From positions 30,786-94,785 of the forward strand of contig JACKFN010000005.1 in assembly GCA_020632445.1 (NCBI GenBank): a stretch of 64,000 bases of DNA, in the 5' to 3' direction. Numbering within the stretch: the stretch's first letter is position 1; every line of letters starts with the position of its first letter. Positions 8,643 to 17,845 of this stretch are shown piece after piece. Origin of the DNA: Candidatus Nomurabacteria bacterium. Its GTDB lineage: Bacteria; Patescibacteriota; Patescibacteriia; Magasanikbacterales; UBA922. The notes below the pieces were generated by a model that was given only the letters and a program-made list of their open reading frames with translations, made no database searches and was not told the DNA's origin. The translations under genes and the position numbers were made by a program.

Positions 8643-9440
8643 CTACGACCACCCCTCAAGTTTTTCTGCAAAGTGAAAAAGACCGTCAAACATGGCACAC
8701 ATAAATGCTACAATTCCACTGTGTCTAAGCGTGATAACCATAGAAGTTTCTGGTAGGAGAAAGGAAATGCGGTCGCCGTAAATCAAAGCGAGTTCGTTGA
8801 TTGGGATAATAGATTCGGGGAGTGTGCGCAAATCCCAAATGCGTTTTTCAAAGGTGCGGTTCACCTCAGGTGACTGCAAAAATTTTTGTTTTGGTACGGC
8901 AAGAGATTCTTTTGTGAAGATTCCATGTGTGATAATCTCCCTTTTTACTACACGGTCAAAGAAGATGTTCCATTGGTTTGGTGTGAGAAGATCGAGCTCG
9001 TCAATAAGCCCCTTTTTGCCCTCGAGGACACGAAACATAGAGCCCTTTGGAAGCAGAGAGATTTTTTCGTATACTGAAAAGTACCCTTTTTTTGACTCAA
9101 CTACCTCAAATTCGGGTCGTTCACTGGTGACCTTTTGAAGTGACTCAAGTTCCGGTACAAGCAACTTAAGGTCGAGGGTCAGTTTGGTGAGATCTGTTGC
9201 CAGCTGTGCGGGCGGCTTAGCGTTAAAGTGCTGAATTTTTCCTCGCGGAGACTGAAAGAGGAGACCCTTTTCCTGCAGGTTTTTGATGTGAAAATAAGCT
9301 GCAGTTCTGGTCATTTTTACTTCTTTTGCAATTTCAGAGGTGCTGGGATTTTCCAGTGAGAGCACCGCCAGGTAGATGTCGACTTCCTGTTTGGAAAGAG
9401 AAAAGTGTTTGAGGACAGAGTAGATATTGGAGATTTCCAT
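8643..9440 (-). CDS. TrmB-like winged-helix transcriptional regulator (paralogue 1 of 7)
   Basis: Start at the internal ATG (MEISNIYSVLKHFSLSKQEVDIYLAVLSLENPSTSEIAKEVKMTRTAAYFHIKNLQEKGLL), an N-terminal TrmB-type HTH, plus a roughly 150-aa C-terminal domain ending in the family-shared hydrophobic-x-x-LW motif (FHFAEKLEGW). Confidence 0.6.
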   Translation of the reverse strand: MEISNIYSVLKHFSLSKQEVDIYLAVLSLENPSTSEIAKEVKMTRTAAYFHIKNLQEKGLLFQSPRGKIQHFNAKPPAQLATDLTKLTLDLKLLVPELESLQKVTSERPEFEVVESKKGYFSVYEKISLLPKGSMFRVLEGKKGLIDELDLLTPNQWNIFFDRVVKREIITHGIFTKESLAVPKQKFLQSPEVNRTFEKRIWDLRTLPESIIPINELALIYGDRISFLLPETSMVITLRHSGIVAFMCAMFDGLFHFAEKLEGWS

Positions 9441-9568
9441 AGGTTTCTTTTTTACCGAGTGTATCACAACAAGTGGTTTTGTCAAATATTTTTTTCACCA
9501 CAAAGTGTTGACATAATACATAAAAAAGGGTAAAGTTACTTGAATTGTTAAATATAATTTTCAATTGC

Positions 9569-10645
9569 ATGAAAAAAGCAATCTATGCGCTGTGTGCTGT
9601 GGCGCTCATCACCCTTGCCGGGTGTGGAAAAGCAGAACAATCGTCCATGGCTGAGCAAGGACCAATAAAAATTGGTTTTATCGCACCAATATCCGGTGAC
9701 CTTGCCAGCCTTGGAAGTGACGCCTTGGTATCAGCACAGATCGCGGTCGATGAGGTCAACCAAGCTGGTGGGGTGGATGGAAGACCTATCGAGCTCGTTG
9801 TAGAAGATGGAAAATGTAGTGCCAAAGATGCACCACAGGCGGCTAGCAAGTTGATGAATGTGGACAATGTGCAGGTAATTATGGCCATGTGTTCACCAGA
9901 AGTGGTTGCCTCGTCTGGAATGGCAAATCAGCAAAAGCGAGTACTTATTTCGTCGTGTGCCTCGGCTCCAAACGTAACGGATGCAGGAGACTATGTTTTT
10001 CGTACGTATCCTTCGGATAGTTTCCAAGGGAAGTTTGCAGCGCAGCACGCGTATAATACACTTGGAAAACGTAAAGCCGCGATTTTGTCTGTTCAAAATG
10101 ACTGGGGAGTTGGACTTCGTGATGTGTTTGCTCAGACGTTTGAAGCGCTTGGAGGTGACGTTGTGGTCATCCAGGAGCATACGCAAGATTCTCGAGATAT
10201 GCGTTCTCAGATTTCCAAGATAAAAGAGGCAAATCCAGACATCATCTATTTTCCATCATTTACAGAGCCGAGTTTGGTTGGACTTAAACAAATCAGGGAT
10301 TTGGAAGTAGATGTGGAAATACTTGGTGGTGATGCATGGAGCGATGCAAAACTCCAAGAGAGTTCATATGCTCAAGGGGCACAATATGTACAACCTCTTT
10401 CAAACTACAGTGAGTCGTGGAAGGAAAAAATGTTGGCGCGAGGTGCTGGTGCAACTGTTTGCGCTCCGTCAGCCTACGACAATGTAAAAATCATTGCCGA
10501 TATAATTGGAAGTGTTGGCGAAGATGGTGAAAAAATCAAAAATGCGCTTTATGATGTCAAAGGATATGCCGGCGTGGCAGGAGATATTACCTTTGATGAG
10601 AATGGGGATATTACCCAGGCTCAGTATGAGGTGGTAGAACTCTAA
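9569..10645 (+). CDS. LivJ/LivK-family (type I periplasmic binding protein) substrate-binding lipoprotein, probably amino-acid binding; no cognate permease or ATPase adjacent
   Basis: MKKAIYALCAVALITLAGCG lipobox signal, then IKIGFIAPISGDLASLGSDALVSAQIAVDEVNQAGGVDGRPIELVVEDGKC..., the hallmark N-terminal lobe of branched-chain amino-acid binding proteins. Confidence 0.75.
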   Translation: MKKAIYALCAVALITLAGCGKAEQSSMAEQGPIKIGFIAPISGDLASLGSDALVSAQIAVDEVNQAGGVDGRPIELVVEDGKCSAKDAPQAASKLMNVDNVQVIMAMCSPEVVASSGMANQQKRVLISSCASAPNVTDAGDYVFRTYPSDSFQGKFAAQHAYNTLGKRKAAILSVQNDWGVGLRDVFAQTFEALGGDVVVIQEHTQDSRDMRSQISKIKEANPDIIYFPSFTEPSLVGLKQIRDLEVDVEILGGDAWSDAKLQESSYAQGAQYVQPLSNYSESWKEKMLARGAGATVCAPSAYDNVKIIADIIGSVGEDGEKIKNALYDVKGYAGVAGDITFDENGDITQAQYEVVEL

Positions 10646-10696
10646 CGGTTTTATCGAAATACAAAAAAGAAAAACCCGCACGATTGTGCGGGTTTT

Positions 10697-11443
10697 TTAC
10701 GTTGGTACATCATCAGGCTCAGGTAGCAAATCCCAAAGCATTTCAAACGTTGCGCGAAAAACATCTACCATTGCCGGGATCTGGATGACCACAGCGAGCG
10801 AGGAAAGCTTTGGACTGACCACCATCACTTTATCATCATAGATATCCATGGTTGATTTAAAGGTATAGCCTTCGGGCGTGTATTTCCATGTTCGACAAAA
10901 GCTTGGATCCGTTGGGTTATTGTATTTTGAATCAATACTTAAGATGAGTTTGGTGTGTACTTTCTTTTGCCCGCGGCGTTTTCGAAATTCTACAAACCAA
11001 TCCGTATCAAGTTGTTCCCAATAAACGGCACTCCCTATATCGTAGTATGTTTTGCCTGCGTATTCATCAAGAATGTTTTCATAAAATCTTTTGAGCTCTG
11101 CGAGCGTCTCTATGTATTGCAGCCCAAAGGGGGTTTGCGAGGATCCTTGAAGAGACTGGAGCATTGGCACGATGCTCTCAAAAGCTTCAATCTTTTTTTC
11201 TTGTTGACGTATGACATTTGCGGGTTTTTGCGGATAAAAGAGTTTTACATTGTTTTTGAAATACGTGGTAGCAAATCCTTTTTGAGAAAGTGACTTGAGG
11301 ATTGGGTAGACGGTCGTGCGTTTTACGCCCATGCTGCTGGCCACTTTGCTGGCAGGGGCCCCACCCAAAGAAAGTAGAGTAAGGTAGGCATCTACCTCCC
11401 CGTCAGAAAGACCAAGTTTTTTGATAATGTCGTGGTTTTTCAT
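10697..11443 (-). CDS. TrmB-like winged-helix transcriptional regulator (paralogue 2)
   Basis: MKNHDIIKKLGLSDGEVDAYLTLLSLGGAPASKVASSMGVKRTTVYPILKSLSQKGF...; C-terminus FRATFEMLWDLL. Confidence 0.6.
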   Translation of the reverse strand: MKNHDIIKKLGLSDGEVDAYLTLLSLGGAPASKVASSMGVKRTTVYPILKSLSQKGFATTYFKNNVKLFYPQKPANVIRQQEKKIEAFESIVPMLQSLQGSSQTPFGLQYIETLAELKRFYENILDEYAGKTYYDIGSAVYWEQLDTDWFVEFRKRRGQKKVHTKLILSIDSKYNNPTDPSFCRTWKYTPEGYTFKSTMDIYDDKVMVVSPKLSSLAVVIQIPAMVDVFRATFEMLWDLLPEPDDVPT

Positions 11444-11598
11444 AGATATTCACAGCATACTGTCAAAAAAATACAACAGCAAACACGCTCTAACAAAAAC
11501 ATATCTAAACATTAACAAAAAGTCAACAGGCTGTGACGCAAACCATAGACACAAAAGCATCAGTGAGTATAATAAGCGGTAATTTTTAGAAACATTTT

Positions 11599-12729
11599 AT
11601 GAAAAGGTATATTCTTTTTCCCGCCCTGCTGCTCGCGTTTGCCGTGTGTTTTTCTGGTTGTGACAAGCCGGCTGTACCAGAGACATCTGAAAGCATTCGG
11701 ATTGGATTTATTGGGCCGATCACCGGTCCTGCAGCCAAGTATGGGGCCGATAAGGCAGCGCTTTTGGCACTTGAAGAGATTAATGCCGCTGGCGGAGTTA
11801 ATGGGCAAAAGCTTGAGTTTATCATGGAAGATGGAAGGTGTGAGGCCAAGGATGCACTCGATGCGATAAACAAACTTATCAATGTTGACAACGTTCAAGT
11901 GGTGCTTGGTGGACACTGCAGTCCTGAGACCGTTGCCATTGCCCCGGTAGCAGAGCAAAACCAGGTACTTTTACTGGCGTCTCTTTCATCGAACCCAGAC
12001 ATTCGCACCATGGGTGATTATGTGTTTCGAACCACGGCAGAAAGTGTGGCACGAGTTCCAAACACTACGCAAGAAATGAGAGAGACCTATAACATTGAGA
12101 AGCTTGCGATTTTGAGTGAGGAGACCAGCTACGCTCGGCCAATCGCCGATGGCATTGCCAAAGGATTTGAAGCCCGCGGTGGAAGTGTGGTGGCTTTTGA
12201 GTCCATCCTCCCAGAAGACAAGGATTTTCGATCACAGCTTCTCAAAGTGAAACAAGAAAATCCAGATGCGATTTATATATCCACCCAAGCACCAGACAAA
12301 GCGATTCTCATCTTACAGCAGATGCAGGAGCTTGGAATGGAAATGCAGATTTTTGGAAACGAAAGTGTTGGAAGCATTCCACTTATTGAGGAGCTTGGAG
12401 AAAGCGCAAATGGAATCCTTTTTGATTCAGCTTTGTATGATAAAACCCAACCAGAGGTGGCGCAGTTTATTGAAAAGTATCAAAGTCGATATGGAAGTGA
12501 GCCACCATACGGGCTTTTGACCGCTGAGTCCTATGATGCCGTATATATCATAGCCCAGGCTATAGACGAGGTTGGCACAGATCCAGAGAAGGTGAGAGAT
12601 TATCTTTATTCCGTTAAGGAGTATCACGGCGCATCTGGAACCTTTGGTTTTGATGAAAACGGTGATGTGAAAAGGAGATTTATTCTCAGTGAGATTCGTG
12701 ACGGTCGGATAGTACAATTGGCTGATTAA
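11599..12729 (+). CDS. LivJ-family substrate-binding lipoprotein (orphan)
   Basis: MKRYILFPALLLAFAVCFSGCD lipobox; IRIGFIGPITGPAAKYGADKAALLALEEINAAGGVNGQKLEFIMEDGRCEAKD... Paralogous to 9569..10645. Confidence 0.75.
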   Translation: MKRYILFPALLLAFAVCFSGCDKPAVPETSESIRIGFIGPITGPAAKYGADKAALLALEEINAAGGVNGQKLEFIMEDGRCEAKDALDAINKLINVDNVQVVLGGHCSPETVAIAPVAEQNQVLLLASLSSNPDIRTMGDYVFRTTAESVARVPNTTQEMRETYNIEKLAILSEETSYARPIADGIAKGFEARGGSVVAFESILPEDKDFRSQLLKVKQENPDAIYISTQAPDKAILILQQMQELGMEMQIFGNESVGSIPLIEELGESANGILFDSALYDKTQPEVAQFIEKYQSRYGSEPPYGLLTAESYDAVYIIAQAIDEVGTDPEKVRDYLYSVKEYHGASGTFGFDENGDVKRRFILSEIRDGRIVQLAD

Positions 12730-12766
12730 AAGAACTCCCGGGTATCCGGGAGTTCTTTTGTAAACA

Positions 12767-15700
12767 TTATTCGGTCACTGTGGCGCGAACCGTATCACTG
12801 TCGTGGACAAAATTTGCTTTGGTCGTAACCCGCGCTTTGAGCTCCCAGGTTCCAAGATCTGGTCCTCCGCTCCAACTAAACAGGATTCTTCCACCAAAGA
12901 GCGTGTCAAAGTTGGTGATTTCACCAAAGATCGTTTCTTCGCCATCTTTTTCTCCAATGATTTCTACTTTTTGAAGTTCATCAAGTTTGTAATGACGTAG
13001 ATACAATACCCGAGGGAAGGCTTTTCGTGACACAGTAAAGGCATTTTCTTCAAAATACACACTTGGGGGTTCTGGTGGAACGCTCAGAGTAAATGGAATC
13101 TCTTGTTCGAGGCGGTTTCCGATGTCATCTTCGACATAAATTTTAAGGGTATGGTTTCCAGGCTCAACCCCTTGAAGTTCGCGACTCAGGTTGAATGGGT
13201 GTGAAGAAACATATCCGAGGAATATCCCATCAAGCTCATATCCAACCTGTTTGACCCCTCGAGGTGCAGAAACGCGTATATCGGTTTGAAGGTGACGAGA
13301 AAATAGCGTTGAGCTTGGTGAAGGGAAAACAACATTCATTTCAGGGATCAACTCCAAAGAATATTCATTGTCGAATTCTTCTGGTGGCTCTTCGAAACTG
13401 ATTTCCCAATTGGGGTCTTCTTCTCGTTTTCTTTTAATCCAGTCCTCGATAGCGGCTTCCCAGACAGAATATTGTGGATCGAGGCTTGGAACTTCTGGTG
13501 CTGGTCCACGAGGATCATTTTTGTCTACATAGTGAAGAATAGAGTGGCGACGAACATAGCTTCGTTCCACCACCAAGTTTTCTGGTGTAGAACTTGCTGC
13601 ACGTTTTCCCGTGACCTTGTTAATCTTGACAGTGATTCCTCCACTGTCAGTCCCAAGAAGAGCAGCTTTGTCGGTTTTGACTTCAGGCATCTGCGGAAAG
13701 TTTTCTACTGGGGCATCTTTGAGTGCTTCTTTCATAAATCGGTTCCAAATTGGCGCGGCAACGCGCGAACCTCCAAAACCCCTGTTCATCGCGGTATTGT
13801 CGGTATTTCCGGCCCATACTCCTGCTACGAGTTGCGGAGTGTATCCAATAGTCCAGGCATCAACATAGCTGTTGGTGGTACCAGTTTTGGCAGCGACGGG
13901 TCTGCCAGGAAGAGTCAGGATTCCTCCTGATCCAAAAGCATATGCACGGGCTCCGTCATTGGAAAGAACATTGGAGATGGTGTCTGCGGTTTCTTTTTCA
14001 ATAACCCTTTCGCGTTTTTCTTCTTTCCACTCCTTGAGCACTTGTCCAGAAGGATCTTCCACCCGCAGCACAGAAACTGGTGGTGTTTTGAGTCCTCCGC
14101 TAGCAAAGACTGAGTAGGCAGCGACATGATCAATGAGTCTTACCTCTCCTCCACCAAGTACCAGGGAAAGCCCATAGTCACCATGCGAGAGTGTGGAGTA
14201 CCCAAGGCGTTCCGCAAATTCAGTACTTTCTTTTGCTCCCACCAGGTACATAGTTTTTACCGCAGGAATATTGAGAGAACCTTGCAGTGCTTTTTGCATT
14301 GTTACGGGACCATGCTCTTTGAGATCATAGTTGAGCGGTTGGTATTTTTGCCCGCTTGCAGCGCCAAAGTTGGTCACAACATCATACAATACGGTTCCAG
14401 GAGTGTATCCTTTTTCAAAAGCAGCGGTATAGATAATTGGTTTGAAAGATGAGCCGGGTTGCCTGCGTCCAAGAGTGGCAACATTAAATTGACCAGAGAT
14501 TTCTGAGTCAAAATAATCACGTGACCCGACCATGGCAAGAATTTGGCCTGTCTTGGGATCCATGGCAACCAGCGCGGTATTGTCAGCGCCAGCTTCTTCA
14601 AAGGTTTTTTCACTTTCTTCTTTTACGGCAATCTCGGCGGCTTCTTGCTTGTCATAATCAAGGGTGGTAATAACTTCAAGTCCTCCTGTTTCTACCAGGC
14701 TCTCTCCAAACTCATTTACGAGCTGCTCTTTGACATAGAGGACAAAATGCGGCGCCTGTATGTTGTCGAGTTTTTGCTTGAGTTCGAGATCTTGCGACTG
14801 TGCGTCGTTTTTTTCTTGTTCAGTAATAAATCCTTCTTCATGCATTCTTCGAAGAACAAAGTTTCGTCTTTCTTTGAGAAGTTCTGGATCGTTGAGGTAC
14901 CGGGTGGGTTGCTTTGGGATACCTGCAAGCGTTGCTGATTCAGCAAGCGAAAGGTCAGCCACGGATTTTCCAAAGTAACTTTGCGCTGCAGACTCTACTC
15001 CGTAATTGGTCGAGCCATAAGGAATTTCATTGAAGTAAATTTGGAGAATTTGATCTTTGGTGTATTTTTGCTCGAGTCGAACGGCAAGAATAAACTCTTT
15101 GAGTTTTCTGGTGATGGTTCTTTCATTGGTTAAGATGGCATTTTTGACGAGTTGCTGTGTGAGGGTTGATGCTCCCCCACCAACACGTCCACGACCAAGT
15201 ATTCCGTACACAATAGAACGAGCGATGCTCAGTGGGCGAATTCCCTTATGTTCATAAAATGCGGTGTCCTCAGTGGCAACAAGTCCATGAATCAGGTCTT
15301 GAGGAATCTCATCAAGTTCAACCAGAGTGCGCCTTTGTTCGGAAAAAATTTCATAAAGAAGGTGCTCTCCAGTTCGGTCGTAAATTTTGGTACTTTGTGC
15401 AATCTCTCTTTCTGTCAGTTTGTTTGGGTCTGGTAGATCGCGACTTACCCAGAGTCCAAAGATGACTAGCATCAAAAATCCCAGTGCACCAAGGCCGATA
15501 ATGCCGGTGAAGAGCCTTCTTCGAATCTCCCTTCGACCCTCTTTGTCTTTTTTTTTGTATCCACGAAAAAATAGACGAAAAATCCAGGCAATAAGCCGAA
15601 AAGGGAGAGAAATGAGGAACAAAAGAATTCCCAACCAGCTTCTTTGTTTTTTGGGACTTTCGAGGGATTTTTCGGCAAAATTATGTGTGTTTTGCCTTAT

Positions 15701-15781
15701 TTTAGGCTTTTTTGGCGGTTTTTGGGGCTTATTTGGACCGTTTTGTCCAATATACCCATACGACCGACTATTGTCTGACAT
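12767..15781 (-). CDS. mrcA: Class A penicillin-binding protein (PBP1A; transglycosylase + transpeptidase) with a C-terminal Ig-like/beta-sandwich extension
   Basis: N-terminal TM anchor; GT51 motifs (EDTAFYEHKGI, GASTLTQQLVKN, RKLKEFILA); transpeptidase SxxK (GSSFKP), SxN and KTGT (AAKTGTT); about 250 extra C-terminal residues. Confidence 0.9.
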   Translation of the reverse strand: MSDNSRSYGYIGQNGPNKPQKPPKKPKIRQNTHNFAEKSLESPKKQRSWLGILLFLISLPFRLIAWIFRLFFRGYKKKDKEGRREIRRRLFTGIIGLGALGFLMLVIFGLWVSRDLPDPNKLTEREIAQSTKIYDRTGEHLLYEIFSEQRRTLVELDEIPQDLIHGLVATEDTAFYEHKGIRPLSIARSIVYGILGRGRVGGGASTLTQQLVKNAILTNERTITRKLKEFILAVRLEQKYTKDQILQIYFNEIPYGSTNYGVESAAQSYFGKSVADLSLAESATLAGIPKQPTRYLNDPELLKERRNFVLRRMHEEGFITEQEKNDAQSQDLELKQKLDNIQAPHFVLYVKEQLVNEFGESLVETGGLEVITTLDYDKQEAAEIAVKEESEKTFEEAGADNTALVAMDPKTGQILAMVGSRDYFDSEISGQFNVATLGRRQPGSSFKPIIYTAAFEKGYTPGTVLYDVVTNFGAASGQKYQPLNYDLKEHGPVTMQKALQGSLNIPAVKTMYLVGAKESTEFAERLGYSTLSHGDYGLSLVLGGGEVRLIDHVAAYSVFASGGLKTPPVSVLRVEDPSGQVLKEWKEEKRERVIEKETADTISNVLSNDGARAYAFGSGGILTLPGRPVAAKTGTTNSYVDAWTIGYTPQLVAGVWAGNTDNTAMNRGFGGSRVAAPIWNRFMKEALKDAPVENFPQMPEVKTDKAALLGTDSGGITVKINKVTGKRAASSTPENLVVERSYVRRHSILHYVDKNDPRGPAPEVPSLDPQYSVWEAAIEDWIKRKREEDPNWEISFEEPPEEFDNEYSLELIPEMNVVFPSPSSTLFSRHLQTDIRVSAPRGVKQVGYELDGIFLGYVSSHPFNLSRELQGVEPGNHTLKIYVEDDIGNRLEQEIPFTLSVPPEPPSVYFEENAFTVSRKAFPRVLYLRHYKLDELQKVEIIGEKDGEETIFGEITNFDTLFGGRILFSWSGGPDLGTWELKARVTTKANFVHDSDTVRATVTE

Positions 15782-15852
15782 ATTGTGCTTTGTTTAGCGA
15801 AAAAATTGACTATTGTTTCTATCAACATGGTTATTGTATCACAGGTAAGGTC

Positions 15853-15885
15853 TTGACAAAAGAGCAAAAATATGATATAGTATGC
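15853..15885 (+). promoter_or_regulatory. Near-consensus sigma-70 promoter (TTGACA-17 bp-TATAGT) upstream of the 3D-domain gene
   Basis: TTGACAaaagagcaaaaatatgaTATAGT read directly; leaves a roughly 120-nt leader before the 16007 start. Confidence 0.4.
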
Positions 15886-16006
15886 CGTCAATGACCCGAA
15901 GCATAGCCTAGGGTCTTTTCATTTAGAGCGGTTCTTGCTATACTACTGCTCGTCGCTTTTCTGGGACGTTTGTCAGTATAACGTCTCGAGAAGCAATATA
16001 TAACAT

Positions 16007-16519
16007 ATGAAATTTGTAAAAGCAAACCTTGCCCACGTGTATAAGCAGCTTGCTACGGTTATCATGGGAGCCATTGTCATTGCGACGGTTGGTGTTCCAA
16101 GTATGGTAGCTTCGGAGTATGTGGCAAGTGCCTCTGACTATACCCTTGGCTCTGATGAGGAGCCTCCAAATAGCTTCCCGGTATCAGAAAACCGGGAACC
16201 AAGATATACACAATGGGTGACTGTTACCGCATATTCACTTGAAGCAGCGCAGACAGACTCAACTCCATGTATCCCTGCAAATGGTGAAGACCTTTGTAAG
16301 ATGCGTGAAAAGCAAGGATACCATAACACAATTGCAGCGAACTTTCTTCGGTTCAACACCAATGTTCGTCTTCCAGAACTTTTTGGAGACAAGGTATTTA
16401 TTGCTCGTGATCGTATGAACGCAAGATATAACGGTACGAACCGTATCGACGTAGTGATGGACACCAGAGAAGAAGCGATTGCCTTTGGTGTAAAACACGT
16501 GAAGATGGAAGTCTTCTAA
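16007..16519 (+). CDS. 3D-domain (MltA-like) cell-wall-associated protein
   Basis: N-terminal TM/signal; C-terminal VTAYSLEAAQTDSTPCIPANGEDL...IAANFLRF...ARDRMNARYNGTNRIDVVMDT matches the 3D-domain pattern (TAY..., conserved Asp residues, IDV). Confidence 0.5.
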   Translation: MKFVKANLAHVYKQLATVIMGAIVIATVGVPSMVASEYVASASDYTLGSDEEPPNSFPVSENREPRYTQWVTVTAYSLEAAQTDSTPCIPANGEDLCKMREKQGYHNTIAANFLRFNTNVRLPELFGDKVFIARDRMNARYNGTNRIDVVMDTREEAIAFGVKHVKMEVF

Positions 16520-16543
16520 GAGAATAGAAAAGATATCCTCGGG

Positions 16544-17302
16544 TTACTCACTCGAGGATTTTTTATTTTTGGATGGAGTACTGGATTTCCAAAGAAACGC
16601 AAAGATGTGTTTGAAGGCGTTTGCGATAGTGTTGTTTTTTATGAGGATGCCCGAAGGGTTTTTCGGGTCAAATGCAAAGATCGCGAGTTTATCATCGTAT
16701 ACATTTATTTCAATCCCCAAATCTTTAAAGAGATCAATAAATTTCATTTCGCGCAGCAAAGCACTTGCCTGAGAAATATCTTTTTTTCCAATGGCACTCT
16801 CTGGAAGAAGACTTTTGACTTTGACACCTTTTTCGATTCTCTTTTTGAAGTAATTGTTTCGCAAGAATTCATCCCCCACTACCTTGTAAGCCTGCTCATA
16901 GTCGGTTAGGGCGTAAATAGTTTTTTCTTTGTTATCTCTCCAGGTGTCGTCATAAAGATTCATAACCCCATCGAGTCCTTCGTAGTATTTTATTTCAGAT
17001 AGCAGTGTTTGAGGGCGTCTTGGCTGCGTGTGGGTCCATTCAATAAATGCCTTCGTTTCTTGTATGGTTTGGTCTTGTTTGCGCTTGGCCCAGGAGGAGA
17101 GTTCTTGGTGTGAGAGTGCTTTGTACACGGTGTGTCCCTCTATTTGTATTTTGCTCACGAGGCCTCTTGAAAGTAATTTTTCAAGTATTGGGTACAGTGA
17201 TGTGCGATTGATGAGAATGATTTTTGAAAGGTCGGAAACAGAAGAGGGACCATTTTGTAGTAGGCCGGAAAGAGTTTTTTTTTCTTTTTCGCTGAGAAGC
17301 AT
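16544..17302 (-). CDS. TrmB-like winged-helix transcriptional regulator (paralogue 3, solo)
   Basis: MLLSEKEKKTLSGLLQNGPSSVSDLSKIILINRTSLYPILEKLLSRGLV...; C-terminal FKHIFAFLWK. Confidence 0.55.
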   Translation of the reverse strand: MLLSEKEKKTLSGLLQNGPSSVSDLSKIILINRTSLYPILEKLLSRGLVSKIQIEGHTVYKALSHQELSSWAKRKQDQTIQETKAFIEWTHTQPRRPQTLLSEIKYYEGLDGVMNLYDDTWRDNKEKTIYALTDYEQAYKVVGDEFLRNNYFKKRIEKGVKVKSLLPESAIGKKDISQASALLREMKFIDLFKDLGIEINVYDDKLAIFAFDPKNPSGILIKNNTIANAFKHIFAFLWKSSTPSKNKKSSSE

Positions 17303-17404
17303 AATATTCTGAGTGTACCAATGTTGTAAAATTGTGTCAACACTTTGACAATTGTGACCGTGGGAAATATATTAAAAGCAGATAATTCATATATTTGTCA
17401 TCTT

Positions 17405-17785
17405 ATGAAAAACAAAATTCAAGAGATTCTTGCAGGGCTTCAAAAGATTCAGTTTGAAGTCGTTGGGCCATTTTTGGTTGCAGATTTCAGCCAAAGTCAT
17501 CCAGAGACGTTTGATCGTATCGCGGTTGGTACACATGGCATGGAGAAAGTGGGGGTCGGTGAACAAACCGAGGGACACACCCACGGTTTTCTCTCCGTAT
17601 ATAAGTCGAAGAAGCTTAGCATAGTGGCGTATGGGCGAAAGTATCTTCTCCCTGAAAAGGCCCTCACCATTGTGCCACCGGGGGTGGATCACAGTTGGGT
17701 TCCAAACGACGGAAGTGGTGAGGTTGGGTCCTCCGACAACCAGCATGAAAAGCAAGTGATTGTTCGTCAGTCAGCCGTTGCGTAG
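17405..17785 (+). CDS. Cupin-domain protein
   Basis: Start at the internal ATG (MKNKIQEIL...). Two-motif cupin signature G(x)5HxH...E (GEQTEGHTHGF) and PPGVDHSWVPNDG. Confidence 0.45.
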   Translation: MKNKIQEILAGLQKIQFEVVGPFLVADFSQSHPETFDRIAVGTHGMEKVGVGEQTEGHTHGFLSVYKSKKLSIVAYGRKYLLPEKALTIVPPGVDHSWVPNDGSGEVGSSDNQHEKQVIVRQSAVA

Positions 17786-17845
17786 GCTGCGAGTCGTGCA
17801 ACAAAAAATCCGGGATGTATAGTCCCGGATTTTTGTGAGGTTTTG

